A stretch of 64,000 nucleotides of DNA. It comes from Octopus sinensis. Taxonomy: Eukaryota. The number at the start of each line of letters is the position of its first letter. Position 1 is the stretch's first letter. Under the pieces are notes generated by a model. It did no database searches. It had not been told where the DNA came from and saw only the letters and a program-made list of their open reading frames with translations. This document shows positions 1 through 11,939 of this stretch, in pieces. A program made the translations under genes and the position numbers. The stretch lies in the NCBI RefSeq assembly GCF_006345805.1, contig NC_042997.1:183582001-183646000 (forward strand), read 5' to 3'.

Positions 1-261
1 TCACCTGTTTCTTAGTAAAGTAACATTTCCCCATGGCCAGACATGTTTGCACAGAATATTGGCAATGGCTGATACTGTTTGCATGACTGTGACACTCATT
101 TACATCTATCATACAATATCAAGTCAAAGAGACACAAACACACACGCCTTCACACACACACACACTCACACACACACACATGCCTTCACACACACGCCTT
201 CACACACACACACACACACATGCCTTCACACACACACGCCTTCACACACACACACAAATAT

Positions 262-504
262 AAGGCGGCGAGCTGGCAGAAACGTTAGCACACCGAGCGA
301 AATACTTAGAGGTATTTCGTCTGTCTTTACGTTCTGAGTTCAAATTCTGCCGAGGTCGACTTTGCCTTTCATCCTTTCGGGGTCGATAAAGTAAGTACCA
401 GTTACATACTGGGATCAATGTGATCGACTTAATCCCTTTGTCTGTCTTTGTCTGTCCTTGTTTGTCCCCTCTTTGTTTAGCCCCTTGTGGGCAATAAAGA
501 AATA
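262..504 (+). mobile_element. SINE family A (AAGGCGGCGAGCTGGCAGAAACG...GTCGACTTTGCCTTTCATCCTTTCGGGGTCGATAA)
   Basis: Multi-copy in the window; B-box-like GAGTTCAAATTC. Confidence 0.85.
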
Positions 505-526
505 TGTTTGTACATATAGAGGAGAC

Positions 527-915
527 CTATTGAGTCAAGTACATCAGCATCAAAAAAAAAAAATCATATGGAAATTGTAGTTGTGATACCCGTTCAGGTG
601 GCACGTAAAAAACACCATCCAAAAGTGGCCGATGCCAGCGCCCCCTTGGCTGGCTTCCATGCCGGTGGCACATAAAATGCACTAACTGATCATGGCCGTT
701 GCCAGCCTCCTCTGGTCCCTGTGCCGGTGGCATGTAAAAAGCACCCACTACACTCATGGAGTGGTTGGCATTAGGAAGGGCATCCAGCTGTAGAAACACT
801 GCCAGATCAGACTGGAGCCTGGTGCAGCCTCCTGGCTTCCCAGACCCCAGTCGAACTGTCCAACCAATGCTAGCATGGAAAACAGATGTTAAATGATGAT
901 GATGATAATGATGAT
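527..915 (+). mobile_element. Retroposon family C (internal GTGCCGGTGGCACGTAAAAAGCACC repeats, (GAT)n tail)
   Basis: Homologous to 1640-1976 and 4670-4876. Confidence 0.82.
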
Positions 916-1221
916 GAATGAATGAACTTCTTTCAGTTTCTATCTATCAAATCCACTCACTGGACTTTGGTCAGCCTGGGGTTATAAGTAGAAGACTCTT
1001 GCTCTAGGTACCACACACTGGGACTAAACCCGAAGTCATGTGGTTGAGAATTAAACTTCTTAATCACACAGCTACATCTGTGCCTAAGACCAAATTACTT
1101 ATGATACTAAAACCATAGCTAAGTGCTGTTGTTTTGTCATTTGACTTCATATAGTAATGAGGTAAATTGCTGGCCATGCTTTATGGATACTTTTGTGATG
1201 CTGTCATCTACATGATTTGTT

Positions 1222-1480
1222 ATATATATAAATGTTCCTTCTCGAGCCATGCCAGGCTCATAAGAGCCGGTTTCCCGGTTTCAATGGTGTAGAAATTCCC
1301 CACCTGGACGGGACACCAGTCCATCGCAGGATTACTCATTTTTGCCAGCTGAGTAGACTGGAGCAGTGTGAAATGAAGTGTTTTGCTCAAGAACACAACG
1401 CATCGCCCGGTCCAGGAATTGAAACCACAACTTTACGATCATGAGTTCAACACCCTAACCACTAAGCCACGTGCCTCCAC
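1222..1480 (-). mobile_element. tRNA-derived SINE (GGAGGC.C.TGGC..AGTGGTTAG head)
   Basis: A and B boxes; 12-bp TSD ACATGATTTGTT at 1210-1221 and 1481-1492. Confidence 0.88.
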
Positions 1481-1639
1481 ACATGATTTGTTGAGGTGGT
1501 ATAGGCTGTAGCATCTACAAGCCGGTGTTACTGGTGACAGTTGTACTTGATTGTTAATTAGTGTATAGTATTATGAACTTCATAATATTGATTTCTAACA
1601 TAGGTACAAGTCTACACATTTTTGGATAATTGCTGTCAA

Positions 1640-1976
1640 ATAAATATCAAATGGAAATTTTAGTTGTGATACCTGTGCCGGTGGCACATAAAAAGCACCA
1701 TCTGAACGTGGCTGATGCCAGTGCCGCCTTGACTGGCTTCTGTGCTGGTGGCATGTAAAAAGCACCAACTGATCGTGGCCGCTGCCAGCCTCCCCTGGCA
1801 CATAAAAAGCACCCACTACACTCATGAAGTGGTTGGCGTTAGGAAAGGCATCCAGCTGTAGAAACACTACTAGATCAGACTGGAGCATGGTGCAGCCTCC
1901 TGGCTTCCCAGACCCTGGTTGAACCGTCCAACCCGTGCTAGCATGGAAAACGGATGTTAAACGATGATGATGATGA
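1640..1976 (+). mobile_element. Retroposon family C
   Basis: Homologous copy. Confidence 0.82.
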
Positions 1977-2620
1977 TTGATTAACCCAAGTCCCTCCTGA
2001 TTAAATAGATCTAGCATTAAAAGTGTCATAGCCAAGATCATCCTGTTTTTTTTTTTATTAAGATATAATGTATCTAGGACTACGTTCCTAAATGTACCTT
2101 TCTTTTTATTTCTGGAGAAAATCTACCTCAATAAATTCTTTCCAACAAATGGTGGTGGTGTGGTGGTGGTGGTGGTGATGGTGATGATGATGACAGTTGT
2201 GGTGGTGGCAACAACAGCAACTATGGTGATGACAATGATGACACTATCAAATCCTAAAACATTCCACTTAGCAACAACATATAGCAACATGCAATATCAA
2301 GATTTATGTAATGTTGCTCTGCTGAAAGGCAAGTAAAACAAAACAAAACAAAACAAAACAAAACAGAAGATGCGACGAACAAGAGAAGGTGTGAGATGGG
2401 TGATGGGTGGGAATTATGTGGAGTGGAATGATTTATAGTTAGCAAGTTCTGAAGAGCATATGCTGCTGTAATATCAGCATGAAATACTGAGAGAGGACAT
2501 AGTTTCACAGTGAACCAATGGTTGTAGTATATTAAATGTCTTATATTTGGTTTCCTTGCAAAGTTGAATGATTTCATCTAGTTCACATGACATAACTGTT
2601 TGGCTAAAAATGTCTGTTAA

Positions 2621-2845
2621 CTCGTTCGTTACCAACCAACCCGGCTGAAACTGGCTCTGGCTCTGAGGTACAAATGTCTTGTTTTCATAAGTTTTGAATT
2701 AAAATCTTCCACCAAATCTTAGTCACAATTTATGTTCTTAACACCAGCTTAATAATAACCAAGCTATTTTACTAAATTCTTTGTTATATTTAAAGTAATT
2801 GAAAGAAACACAGAGCATCTCAAAATAAATACAGTAACGAAAGGG
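2621..2845. mobile_element. piggyBac-like MITE
   Basis: TTAA at 2617-2620 and 2846-2849; ends CTCGTTCGTTAC / GTAACGAAAGGG. A diverged copy lies at ~56910-57110. Confidence 0.65.
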
Positions 2846-2878
2846 TTAAACTATCTGTTAAGAGAGAGATAGAGATAG

Positions 2879-2919
<41 letters not shown>

Positions 2920-2926
2920 TAGATAG

Positions 2927-2965
<39 letters not shown>

Positions 2966-3589
2966 AAGGTAACATCTCAGCATGTTATCCCTTCCCCTCT
3001 TCTATAGTTTATACATTAAAGACTGTTGGTAGCAGAGGAATTTATAAACTTTCAAGGGAATGTGAAATAATTCTTTTTGGGGACAGAAAATCTTGAAGTA
3101 CATAAAGCTATAAGTAATAGCATATAGAAAAGAGTTTTTTTTCCAGCCCAATGTCGACATGTTATTATTTATGGGCTTTGATATCTACTGTTCCAAAAAA
3201 TAATTATTTCATGATCACTCAAATGTTTAAAAATTCTAATGACACCAACAACATACAATTCTCCCTGGTAAGAATAAAATTTCTAAAATGGCTAGAGGAC
3301 TTAGAGGGATTGTTTTGATACAACGGTAGAATCAAGGCTGTCTCTGCAATATTGTAAGCTCCTGGACAAATCGATTACTGGGCCCTATAGTATTTATTTC
3401 ATTAAAAATATATAAGTGACAGAGGCCAACCCATGCCAGTAGGGAAAACAGATGTTAAATGATGATGGTGGTGGTGGTGGTGGTGGTGGTGGTGGTGGTA
3501 GTGGTGGTGATGGTGGTGGTGGTGGTGGTGGTGGTGGTGGTGGTGATGATGATGATGAGGATAATGAGAGGCAGTATTAATACTGTTAG

Positions 3590-3945
3590 TAATATTTGTC
3601 CCTATGTAAATGTGATGTTCTGTTGGAGCAAACTATACTGTGGTAGATACCATGAGAGAAACCCTCATATTGGCTTTTGGTGCAAAATGCACACTTATTT
3701 ATATTAATCAAGGAAAGTCGAAATCACGTGATCTGATGGTTTTGGTGCTTGTTTATATTGACCAAGGAAGGTTAAAGATCACGTGATCTGGTGGTCTTGG
3801 CACAGGAGATAGGAGGGATTTATCTCCCGACTAGCGATATAAACAAGTATGCATTTTGCACCAAGAGCCAATATGAGACTTTCTCTCATGCTGTAAAGTT
3901 TGTTCTGACAGAACATCCATACTTATGTGTGGACAGATATTTAAT
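3590..3945. mobile_element. MITE with long (~110 bp) imperfect TIRs
   Basis: CATGAGAGAAA..CTCATATTGGCT.TTGGTGCAAAATGCA at ~3651-3705 is inverted at ~3836-3889 and the match extends outward. Internal duplicated ATCACGTGATCTG.TGGT.TTGG. Confidence 0.7.
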
Positions 3946-3958
3946 TATTGATAATGTA

Positions 3959-4123
3959 GGCGTAGGAGTGGCTGTGTGGTAAGTAGCTTGTTTACCAACC
4001 ACATGGTTCCAGGTTCAGTCCCACTGTGTGGCCCCTTGGGCAAGTGTCTTCTACTATAGCCTCGGGCCGACCAAAGCCTTGCGAGTGGATTTGGTAGACG
4101 GAAACTGAAAGAAGCCCGTCGTA

Positions 4124-4189
<66 letters not shown>

Positions 4190-4420
4190 TATGTATGTGT
4201 GTGTATATGTTTGTGTGTCTGTGTTTGTCCCACCAACATCGCTTGACAACTGATGCTGGTGTGTTTACATCCCTGTAACTTAGTGGTTTGGCAAAAAGAG
4301 ACCGATAGAATAAGTACTAGGCTTCCAAAGAATAAGTTGTGGGGTTGATTTGCTCGACTAAAGGCAGTGCTCCAGTATGGCCACAGTCACATGACTGAAA
4401 CAAGTAAAAGAGTAAAGAGT
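3959..4420 (+). mobile_element. SINE family B (tRNA-like head, internal microsatellite, (AAAAGAGT)n tail)
   Basis: About 11 homologous copies in the window. Confidence 0.88.
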
Positions 4421-4669
4421 AACAAGGCAAAGTATACACAGATTGGCATTGGGTTCCTAGATCCAAGGGGCTGCTGAGTAAATTGCCCCTTAAGACAGCA
4501 CTGGGTAGAATGCCTGCTATGTCTATAAATGTGGGTTTGAGACCCACAGGTAGTGTTTGATTTTTTCCATTAAAAATATATTTATTTATAGCTATTATTA
4601 TTTATAGCTTTATGTGCTTCAAGATCCATTGTTCCAAAAATGAATTATAAGAAGCTGTGTTTTGTCTCT

Positions 4670-4876
4670 GGGCACCTGTACCGGTGGCACGTAAAAAGCA
4701 CCCACTACACTCACGGAGTGGTTGGCATTAGGAAGGGCATCCAGCTGTCGAAACACTGCCAGATCAAACTGGAGCCTGGCACAGCCTCCTGGCTTCCCAG
4801 ACCCCGGTCGAACCGTCCAACCCGTGCTAGCACGGAAAACGGACATTAAACGATGATGATGATGATGATGATGATG
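4670..4876 (+). mobile_element. Retroposon family C, 5'-truncated
   Basis: Homologous 3' part with (GAT)n tail. Confidence 0.82.
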
Positions 4877-6399
4877 AATAAAATACATAATTAATTTGAA
4901 CTTAGTCTAAATGTTCTGATTTTATTCAAGCATTTAAAAAAAAAATATCTTATAATGTTTCTGAAGAACATACAAGAAAGTAGTGAGTAATATCATGATG
5001 AAGATTTGTGCTTGAAGTAAATACAAAAGAAATAACGGCTGACACCAAAAATTATAACTATATTGAATTTTGGCTACATACTTTTATTTAGCTTATTTAG
5101 ATGAATCATTATTAGTTCAACATATTCCACTTTCTTTATGTACACACAGTGATATATAATTTAATAGAAAAGTCGAAAGGTTGTCATTTATGCACACATA
5201 ACTCATGTAACACCTACTCACACACACTCACAAACACACTCATACAAAAAGTTATGTATTTATACACAACCCATATTCGCAAACACACTCATACTTACTC
5301 AAATGGAAACATTCATACACACTATCATTTTTGTTTTTTTTTTCCATATGGTGTCATTATAAAACACTGGTAATGAATGTAATTTGTCTTTTGCTTGTGA
5401 ATCAATATTATTTTCATTGTAACTTAAATTAGGTAACTTAGGCAACCTTCATCATGTTAACTTGTTATTCTGAACTCCTAACAAAAGAAAATTTGTGTCA
5501 ACACTTCAGTAAACTAATTTGCTATTTTTTCTCCCCTTTTGAAAAAGAAATACCATGGAAACTTAAGCAGAAGAAAAGAAAACAAAAATGAAAACAAAAA
5601 GCTAAAAAGACACACAATCAGATATTTACACAAGCTAAAGTGTGTGGGGGTTGTGCATATTCATTTGTTTTACTTTTGGTTTTCCATGCCAGTATGTGTT
5701 AGATGAATACATATCACAGAGGCATTGCTTTACAGCTTGATGCCCTTCCTGTAGCTCCCCTTTAGTGGGGTTTTTTTCAAGTTAGGGTTACTATTTTTTT
5801 TATTTCACGTGTCTATAAAAGTGCAGAGCTCATGGATGATTTGGTGACCGGGAATGACAACAAACTTCACTGTTTGTAATTCAGCACTAGAAATTCATTT
5901 ATGATTAAACTCTTTTTAAAAAAATTTTCTTTGTTCACTTCCTTCACATTCAACCTGTGCCAATGGGGTAAATAATGTAGTTCTTAGATTCATTTGGCAT
6001 CTCTTTCTAGTATGTGGCACTACTCATTAGTAGCCTTATTATAATTATATTTATATAATTATATATCTTGTATTAATTGTTACCTATATGGTTTTATGAC
6101 ATGCTAGCTACTTCATAAAATCTTATAAAGATTTTATCCTTGATTATATATAAATATAAATTACTCCAATCAATATATTCACTCTGGTATTATACTCTGA
6201 TTGTATACACAGGTGGTTGAGGTGAATGAATTAGATTTAGCTTGTATATAAATGTGAGCATTTGTATATACACTTGTATTTTCGTTTCTCTGTTATTAAT
6301 TTTACTTGCGTCTCTATCTTAGTAGAAACTGATGGATAAAGAAATAAAACTGTATAAACAAACGGCAGCAAAACCGTTCAGAAATTAAATAACACTAAC

Positions 6400-6464
6400 G
6401 TATTTGGTACACAGCAGGATGGATGTAATCTGTTTGTAAGGATTGGTTCTTCGTTGATTGCCAT
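6400..6464 (-). CDS. Possible first coding exon of an unidentified gene running toward the window start (MAINEEPILTNRLHPSCCVPN..)
   Basis: ATG at 6464, open frame to a GTTAGT donor at 6399. It coincides with an apparent shift from CpG-poor sequence (1-6300) to CpG-retaining sequence. No recognisable homology. Confidence 0.2.
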
Positions 6465-6674
6465 TATGTAAAGATGAAAGAACAATGATTGAAGCTGTGA
6501 AGAAAATATATATATTATACATACATATTAACACCTTTTTTTTATTTTGAGAGCCGTCGGGTTCACTATTAGTATTCTCGTTCATGAGAGCAGACGAGTT
6601 TATTTCAAATATTCTCATTCAAAAATCATCTCTTGCCAATCGTTGAGGGGACGTTGGTGTTGCCTTGGCAGAGG

Positions 6675-7649
6675 TATAGTGTAACCGATATCCTCACTGT
6701 CTGAGAGATATATTAGGAATGATCTCGTGGTAGATAACAACCATCTTTGGCTAGTTTGACCCTGTTGTGTTCACTGCTCTGATTGGTTGGCATTTGGCGC
6801 AGTTTGTCATGGCCTTCAGATAAGGTCTACTCCATTTGAGCCTACCCCAGGCTTTATAAGGCGCCAGCATTCACTATTCCAGGTCTTTGGCTCTAGACCT
6901 TCTAAGTTCCAGTCACTGACCACCGAGCTACTCAGCCATGTTCCAGTTCCAGCGACAGACGACCAGCCAGCCAGCCAGCCATGCTGCTCATCCAGCCATG
7001 ACGACACTAATGTACACCAACAACGTAGGACGTCTTCGCCACCGTCACCATTACCACTGTCAACTTCAAATATGTACACAGCACTCGTCCGGGTTTAAAC
7101 GCCACACTGTTTGTGAATATTCACCGAGGTAAAACAGCCAAAGTCAAACCTGTGAAAGAACTTTCTGTATCAAGAGACTCGGTACGGCATTGAAGCCACA
7201 AACCGCTGCACGACATGTGCCCAACCGGCGTTCTGCCTCGTGTCCCCAACATCTTGTTATAGAACTATTGCTATCGTGTACCTCACTTACGAACTGGTAA
7301 ACAAATTCCATCTTAACTCAATATGCTGAGAGACTTATCTTATGCTCTGTATTCTGTTTTATACGCATACACTTTCTGTCGTAAACACGAACACACAAAC
7401 ACAAATACCTTGTCGCACGCATCCAGACGCTACACTTTGCTAGCACTCACACACACTTTATCTTTGTACACTTTGTAAATAAAGTCTTCTTCTCTCTCAA
7501 ACAGTAGAACGGTTGTCTTCCTCATTTATTCCTTTTGGCACTGTATTTTATATCATGTATTTGGCTTCTTATTCTGTTAGGGGCGACCGTGCGGCATTTA
7601 AAAGGAGACCTTTGTCACCAACTCCTTACGTACGGTCGTATTCCCTACA
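6675..7649. mobile_element. Solo LTR (~975 bp) with 4-bp TSD GAGG
   Basis: GAGG at 6671-6674 and 7650-7653. Termini TATAGTG...CCCTACA are a degenerate TG..CA inverted end. TATA-like TTTATAA at ~6853 and AATAAA at ~7478 on +. Removing it restores CCTTGGCAGAGG-TTTGCGCTCTCTGAGTGCTC. Confidence 0.65.
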
Positions 7650-7690
7650 GAGGTTTGCGCTCTCTGAGTGCTCTTGTTATTAAAATAATT

Positions 7691-8850
7691 TTATCGATGA
7701 ATTGAGCGAAGATCTGCTAGAAACGCAAGAGAAAGGTCTTCAGCACCCTTGCTCATCTGTAACCAACAGAAATACTCAAGGTAATATTGGAAGGTTCCTT
7801 GGTTCGCGTCTCTCATTTTATTTCAAAATACGAATTTCCGAATCCAACCAGGTTCTTTCAATTGCTTGAGTATTGGTCCCAGTGTTTGGATCAACACAAT
7901 GTCTTTGGTGGTTGATAGTAGAAAGGTGAAATTTAGACGATTGAGATTGAAATATGCTAGCCATTTGTCGGAATGAATATCAGAATTTTCTGCAACGTCT
8001 CTTGGAATTATGAAGTCAAGTGTTTCACGATTTCTTTTTTTTACATAAAAATAGCGGCAATTTGCACCTTTTTTGTCACTTCAAGACCCAGGGTCCATCA
8101 ATGTGTCTTCCATGGTTTCTATTGTTTCTTACTTCAGCTTCGCTATCGGTTTAATCAGGAACATGGTCTCTTGGCAACATTCTGCCTCTGTTGTATTTTC
8201 AGCGTCCTGCAAACTGAGCTTCATCGATTTGTCCAGGCTCTTCTCCAGTTCCTACCATTTTCCCACAATTGTTAACAGAAACAATCTGTGAACAAATTTC
8301 ACTACACATGTTGAACCAATCACATATTGATTTGGTACCTCTACTGATGCACTTTATCATAAGAGACATCTTGAATAAAATTTTTAAGATAATTCTAAAA
8401 TTTGACAGAGAAAGATTACAATGGATTTTGTTATTTAGATCAATATAGTAGGAAAAAAATTTCCGATGTGAATAGACCGATAAGTTTGGCAGCTGCGAGT
8501 AAAGTTGACAAAATTTCACCTTTTTTCCTTTTTCTTCGAGCTTCCTTCATTTCTCACCCACAACGATGACATAGTACAACATTTTCTCCGTCATCTAAAT
8601 GGCCATTTCTTCGTGAAAATGCAACTGCCCTCGTCTCGTCGCTGATCATATTGTAAAAATCTTTAATAAATAATAATAAGAAACGAAGTATAAGCAATAT
8701 AACAATTGAAATAAGCGCGTAGATCAAACACCAAAGCAAATTTGCTGATGTAGATCACACGCCAAAGTAGCACTAGCACAACGTAAACTAAAAAAATAAC
8801 CTAACGTAATCGCCCTTTAATTTGTAGATCGCACGTCAAAGCAGCACTTA
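7691..8850 (-). mobile_element. Degraded Merlin (IS1595/ISXO2-like DDE) DNA transposon; transposase pseudogene
   Basis: Minus-strand frames give a Zn-ribbon (CHRCG), QIDEAQFAGR*KYNRGRM, RNRETLDFIIPRDVAENSDIHSDKWLAY, INHQRHCVDPNTGTNTQAIERTW and YLEYFCW...AFLADL, which are ISXO2-type motifs. Stops and frameshifts are present. Three subterminal GTAGATC..AC..CAAAG repeats at 8719, 8750 and 8824. Confidence 0.85.
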
Positions 8851-9116
8851 CACTACTCTATGTAGTGGCTATTTAAGCAATGAGTTTGTGGGTTATTTGG
8901 CTGCTGATGATGGAGCAAAAACTCCTGAAATATGGCATATACACCCATTATCCATTTTTTCATCTTCGATCTCATTGTTTATTTAAATCTGACATCGCGG
9001 ATACGAAATGTCGTAATAAAATCAGTGCTGGCTGTAATTGTATCTAGCTATGGAAAATCTGTAGAGATGACCTTATCGCGTAAAAGAAACGGAACACACA
9101 CACACACACACATATA

Positions 9117-10655
9117 TAAACTATTCTTCAAAACTATAAAGCCAGTTCTTTTTTCTGGTGAAATATACTACCCAAATCCATAAAACTCACCTCTAGATAC
9201 GAAATTAAAGAGAAGAAAGCATTGCAATATTGAAATCCAAAACTGAATTAGATAATAATTTTTAAAAAACCTACAGAGTCAGAAATCCCCCGTTCAAAAC
9301 TATAACGCCAGGTTGAATAATGTTGCAAAAATGATGTAAAACAGGGAAACCATGATATATTTCAATGATATCATCATGCAATACATTAACAATAGTGAGT
9401 TTAACTACCACCTTTCTGAATTTCTTCAAAGACACGCGATTTCATGCTCCCAATGAACAACTGTAGCAGATCAAGTGGAAGCTCTTCTCAAGCCTTCTTT
9501 ACTGCTGTTTCGAGTTCATCAACAGATGAATATTGCTTGCAATCGTGAAATATCCCTAAGCATTCTCTATAGGATTAAGGTCGTCACTTCTTGCTGGCCA
9601 TGGCATAAATTCAACCTCAATTGCATGGAGGAAATCCGAAGATCCCTTTGCTTTATGAAGAGGAGCATTGTCCTGTTGAAATATGAAGTTCTCACCACGG
9701 AGCCTTCTTCCTTCTTCATCTCTGTGAGCACCGTCCAGCATATTGATGCATTGTGCAGCATTGAAATGGCTATCCATGATGATAAGTGGCAGCTTTCCAT
9801 CGACAGATATTGCTCCCCACACCATAAGACCTCTTCCGCTGTTCTGCCGCCTGGAATAAGTAGAATTTTGTATACTTTTATCTGCGCAGTAATACTTATA
9901 ACCGTTGAGAGCTATCCAAATTCCATTTTTTCTCATCAGAGAACAGAACCCTGGTCCATTCCACATCCCACGTCTGATGCTGCAGAGCAAACCCCAATCT
10001 AACAACTTTGTGAGAAGAGGATAATAGGTGTCCTAGCTGCTTCTTCAGGTGGAAACCATGGTTCAAAATCATTCTTCTTACGGTGTATGTCGAGTCCCCT
10101 TTTTCTGCTGATGCCTTGATTTTGGAAGCAGAAGAGCAGCGTGACTTCTTCGCAGCTCTGACAATGGTCTTTTCATCCCTTTCTGAAATAGCCTTGGGAC
10201 GTCTACCAGCAACAGCCATCAGGGTCTTTCAGAAAATTGTCGACTGGCGTTCTGCTTCACCGAATCTTCTCGGCAATCTTCCGGTTACTCATTCTTTCCA
10301 CTTTCAGCTCAAGAATCTTCCCTTGTTCAATTTTAGAAAACTCTGTAGCTTCAGGCATGAGGAAATGTAATCTGGATCACGGAGAATAACGACTGAGTCG
10401 AATATTTTATGAAACCATCTGGAAAGAAATGAAAATGTGTTAGTGGCTTTATAATTTTGAAGTGTTGATATGCAAGGAAAAATTGGAAACTCAGGTGTTG
10501 TAATTTGATAATAAAGGTACAAGGTTTACATTTCAAGGCAATCACAAAATACTCATTTACAATATATTATGCCCCTTAGTCCTCTTAAATACAGAGCTAA
10601 ATTTCTAAAAAGCTTTAAAAAAACATGTGGGTTTATAGTTTTGAATAGTAGTTTA
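9117..10655 (-). mobile_element. Full-length Tc1-family (Tc3-like, DD34E) transposon with disrupted transposase
   Basis: TIRs TAAACTA(T/C)T(C/A)TTCAAAACTATAAA at both ends, with TA TSDs at 9115-9116 and 10656-10657. ATG at 10358 starts a Tc3-like HTH (MPEATEFSKIEQGKI...). Motifs VLFSDEKKWNLD, LMVWGAIS and FQQDNAP-(34)-DLNPIEN; stops and frameshifts present. Confidence 0.93.
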
Positions 10656-10765
10656 TATACACATAAATCTACATATATATAATGGATGTTGTACATGGAT
10701 ATTATATGTATGTATAACATGGGCTCTCACAAAGCATTTTGGAAAGAAAATTGACGAAACTTATA

Positions 10766-10942
10766 GGCGTAGGAGTGGGTGTGTGGTAAGTAGCTTGCTT
10801 ACGAACCGCATGGTTCCAGGTTCAGTCCCACTGCGTGGCGCCTTGGGCAAGTGTCTTCTACTATAGCCTCGGGCCGACCAAAGCCTTGTGAGTGGATTTA
10901 GTAGACGGAAACTGAAAGAAGCCCGTCGAATATATGTATGTA

Positions 10943-10978
<36 letters not shown>

Positions 10979-11009
10979 TGTATGTATGTATGTATGTATG
11001 TGTGTGTGT

Positions 11010-11055
<46 letters not shown>

Positions 11056-11270
11056 TTGTGTGTGTGTGATTGTCCCTCCCAATATCACTTGACAACCGAT
11101 GTTGGTGAGTTTACGCCCCAATAATTTAGCGGTTCGGCAAAAGGGGCCGATAGAATAAGTACTAGGCTTCCAAAGAATAAGTCCTGGGGTCGATTTGCTC
11201 GACTAAAAGGCCGTGCTCCAGCATGGCCACAGTCAAATGACTGAAACAAATAAAAGAGTAAAAGAGTAAA
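10766..11270 (+). mobile_element. SINE family B
   Basis: Homologous to 3959-4420. Confidence 0.88.
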
Positions 11271-11289
11271 GATACTTATACAAAAATGC

Positions 11290-11586
11290 TTCAAGTTGCT
11301 CTGGACATCTCCTGGGGATAACGTCCTACAAAAGAAATTCTCTTTGGTAATTTACCCCTAACATCACACGTCATCAGTGAAAGAAGAACAATATTCGCTG
11401 GATGAGATCATCAGCGACGTTCTTTTTTTGGGAACCGAAGCATAACCAAATGTCGGTAGACCTCATCGAACCTAAATAAAGCAACTGTGCGAAGGTCTAC
11501 CGCGTACAATGGTGGACCGAATAGACTGGAGAGAAAGAGTCATGGCAATTTGTGCAACAAACACAACAGGATGATAATGATAATGT
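11290..11586 (+). mobile_element. Old RTE-like LINE 3' relic
   Basis: MVDRIDWRERV.. followed by a (GAT/AAT)n tail. Confidence 0.4.
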
Positions 11587-11859
11587 AACGCAATACAACA
11601 CACACGCGCAGGCACACACACATACACACACACATTACAGGTAAAATCCTTACGACTGATTTCTCTTGAATGATTGTACTTTAATTGTACTTGAATCTAA
11701 AGATTCGACCATATCACACTGTCTAATGCTGATTCTGAAAGAGACTCTCCCCAGACTATAAAATGTTTAACTTCTAATCCAATGAACAGTTAGTCGAGTT
11801 GAGTGAACAACAGATACTATTGAAATCTACGAACATCCATCTACTTCTATATTTATACG

Positions 11860-11939
<80 letters not shown>

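Noticed and set aside
590-750. Spaced ~25-bp repeats (GCCGGTGGCACGTAAAAAGCACC) resembling a CRISPR array
   Set aside because: They are internal repeats of a dispersed retroposon with the same spacers in other copies; the context is eukaryotic and there are no cas genes.
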